From: a virus
Taxonomy: Duplodnaviria; Caudoviricetes
Strand: one strand, 5' to 3'
Length of the DNA stretch: 34,740 bases
IMG/VR virus record: IMGVR_UViG_3300012942_000094
Coordinates: 1 to 34,740 of that record
In this document: positions 34,047-34,740 of the stretch, piece after piece
Layout of the letters: every line of letters begins with the position of its first letter
How positions within the stretch are numbered: the stretch's first letter is position 1
Translations under genes and position numbers: made by a program
Notes under the pieces: generated by a model
Told to the model about the DNA's origin: nothing
Seen by the model: only the letters and a program-made list of their open reading frames with translations
Database searches by the model: none

Positions 34047-34422
34047 AGGGGCCACCTCCCAGCAGCTCGTACAGCGCATCGGCCAGCTCAGGGAACGCCC
34101 GCGCAGCTTCTTCCCGAGGCAACATCGAGCCAGGCGGGTCGTTCCACAGATCAGCCACACGCCGGGCGTTCTCCGCGAGCAGCCGGGACGGCGCGTCAGG
34201 TCGGGCCGCGACGATCTCGATCGCGTCGTAGCAGTCCATCTCCACCAGCGGCGGCAGGCTGCCAGGGGTCGGCTCAGCAACCACGGTTGTCTCCCTCCTG
34301 CGGGGTAGCGGAACCCAGGGCATCGCGGACGTCGTCCGTGTCGACGAACCCGGGGAAGACGGCGGTCTCGAAGGTCTCGCGGTCAGCCTTCTCGCACAGG
34401 GCGCGGACGGCCTGCTCTCGGG
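33799..34422. repeat. Two pairs of dispersed direct repeats at gene 3' ends
   Basis: 33799-33828 vs 34284-34313 (29/30 identical); 33886-33922 vs 34386-34422 (34/37 identical). Confidence 0.85.
34039..34284 (-). CDS. Hypothetical protein
   Basis: GGAGGGAG RBS then GTG; coupled to neighbours. Confidence 0.65.
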   Translation of the reverse strand: MVAEPTPGSLPPLVEMDCYDAIEIVAARPDAPSRLLAENARRVADLWNDPPGSMLPREEAARAFPELADALYELLGGGPCV

Positions 34423-34740
34423 TGCGGGCCGCGTCCAACCCAGCGCGCGCCTCGTTCCTCTCGCCAACGAGCCGGAACAGCGCGAGTCGAGCGGCCAGTG
34501 ACGTCATGCCCCAGTAGTGAGGCAGCGGGCGCACCGGCGACCAGTCGGCGGTGATGCCCGCCTCCTCGGTCCAGCGCTTCGCCTCGTCCCAGCGGTTCCG
34601 CCAGTCAGCAACCTCCGAGTCGAGGGCGGCACGCTTGGCCATCTCCGTGGCCTGGATTTCGTGCGTCCGGCCTCGAAGTCGCTCGACGTCAGCTCGGGCC
34701 GCGTCCAACTCGGCGCGGAGAGCGTCACGCTCGGCTAGCA
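34274..34740 (-). CDS. Hypothetical coiled-coil protein, probably 5' partial
   Basis: Frame appears open to the window edge; AERD/ERNEAR coiled-coil patterns typical of phage early genes. Confidence 0.7.
   Translation of the reverse strand, partial: LAERDALRAELDAARADVERLRGRTHEIQATEMAKRAALDSEVADWRNRWDEAKRWTEEAGITADWSPVRPLPHYWGMTSLAARLALFRLVGERNEARAGLDAARTREQAVRALCEKADRETFETAVFPGFVDTDDVRDALGSATPQEGDNRGC

Larger units (their letters stand above)
3044..34740 (-). mobile_element. Temperate siphovirus (prophage) packaging, head, tail and lysis region; continues past the right edge and may include 1..3043
   Basis: Colinear HNH-TerS-TerL-portal-protease-MCP-neck-tail tube-TAC-TMP-Dit-tail tip-endolysin-holin with many ATGA/GTGA overlaps. 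No integrase or att site in the window. Confidence 0.95.

Overview
A very GC-rich actinobacterial temperate siphophage (prophage or phage contig). From 34740 down to 3044, nearly everything is on the minus strand in standard order: small early/middle genes, a Zn-finger putative late regulator, HNH, a non-coding packaging region, TerS, TerL, portal, HK97 protease, major capsid protein, head/neck proteins, tail tube, frameshifted tail chaperones (GGGAAAA), tape measure, Dit, a large tail-tip protein, then a lysis region with an M15 endolysin and an r1t-like holin. A bidirectional terminator separates this from a mostly plus-strand accessory block: an FtsK/TraB-like DNA translocase with a Zn-finger membrane partner, an array of GGGTCTAG repeats resembling a clt site, a LexA box between divergent small genes (one S4-like), and a DUF732-like lipoprotein. 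The strongest leads are (1) a possible TraB/clt conjugative module attached to an intact-looking phage, (2) a secreted GH43-like glycosidase coupled into the late/lysis operon, (3) two paralogous fibre modules with oppositely charged ~18-aa repeats, and (4) a helically phased GATC array at the packaging site. No integrase, att site, tRNA or CRISPR is visible. All family calls come from motif recognition by eye; no database search was run.
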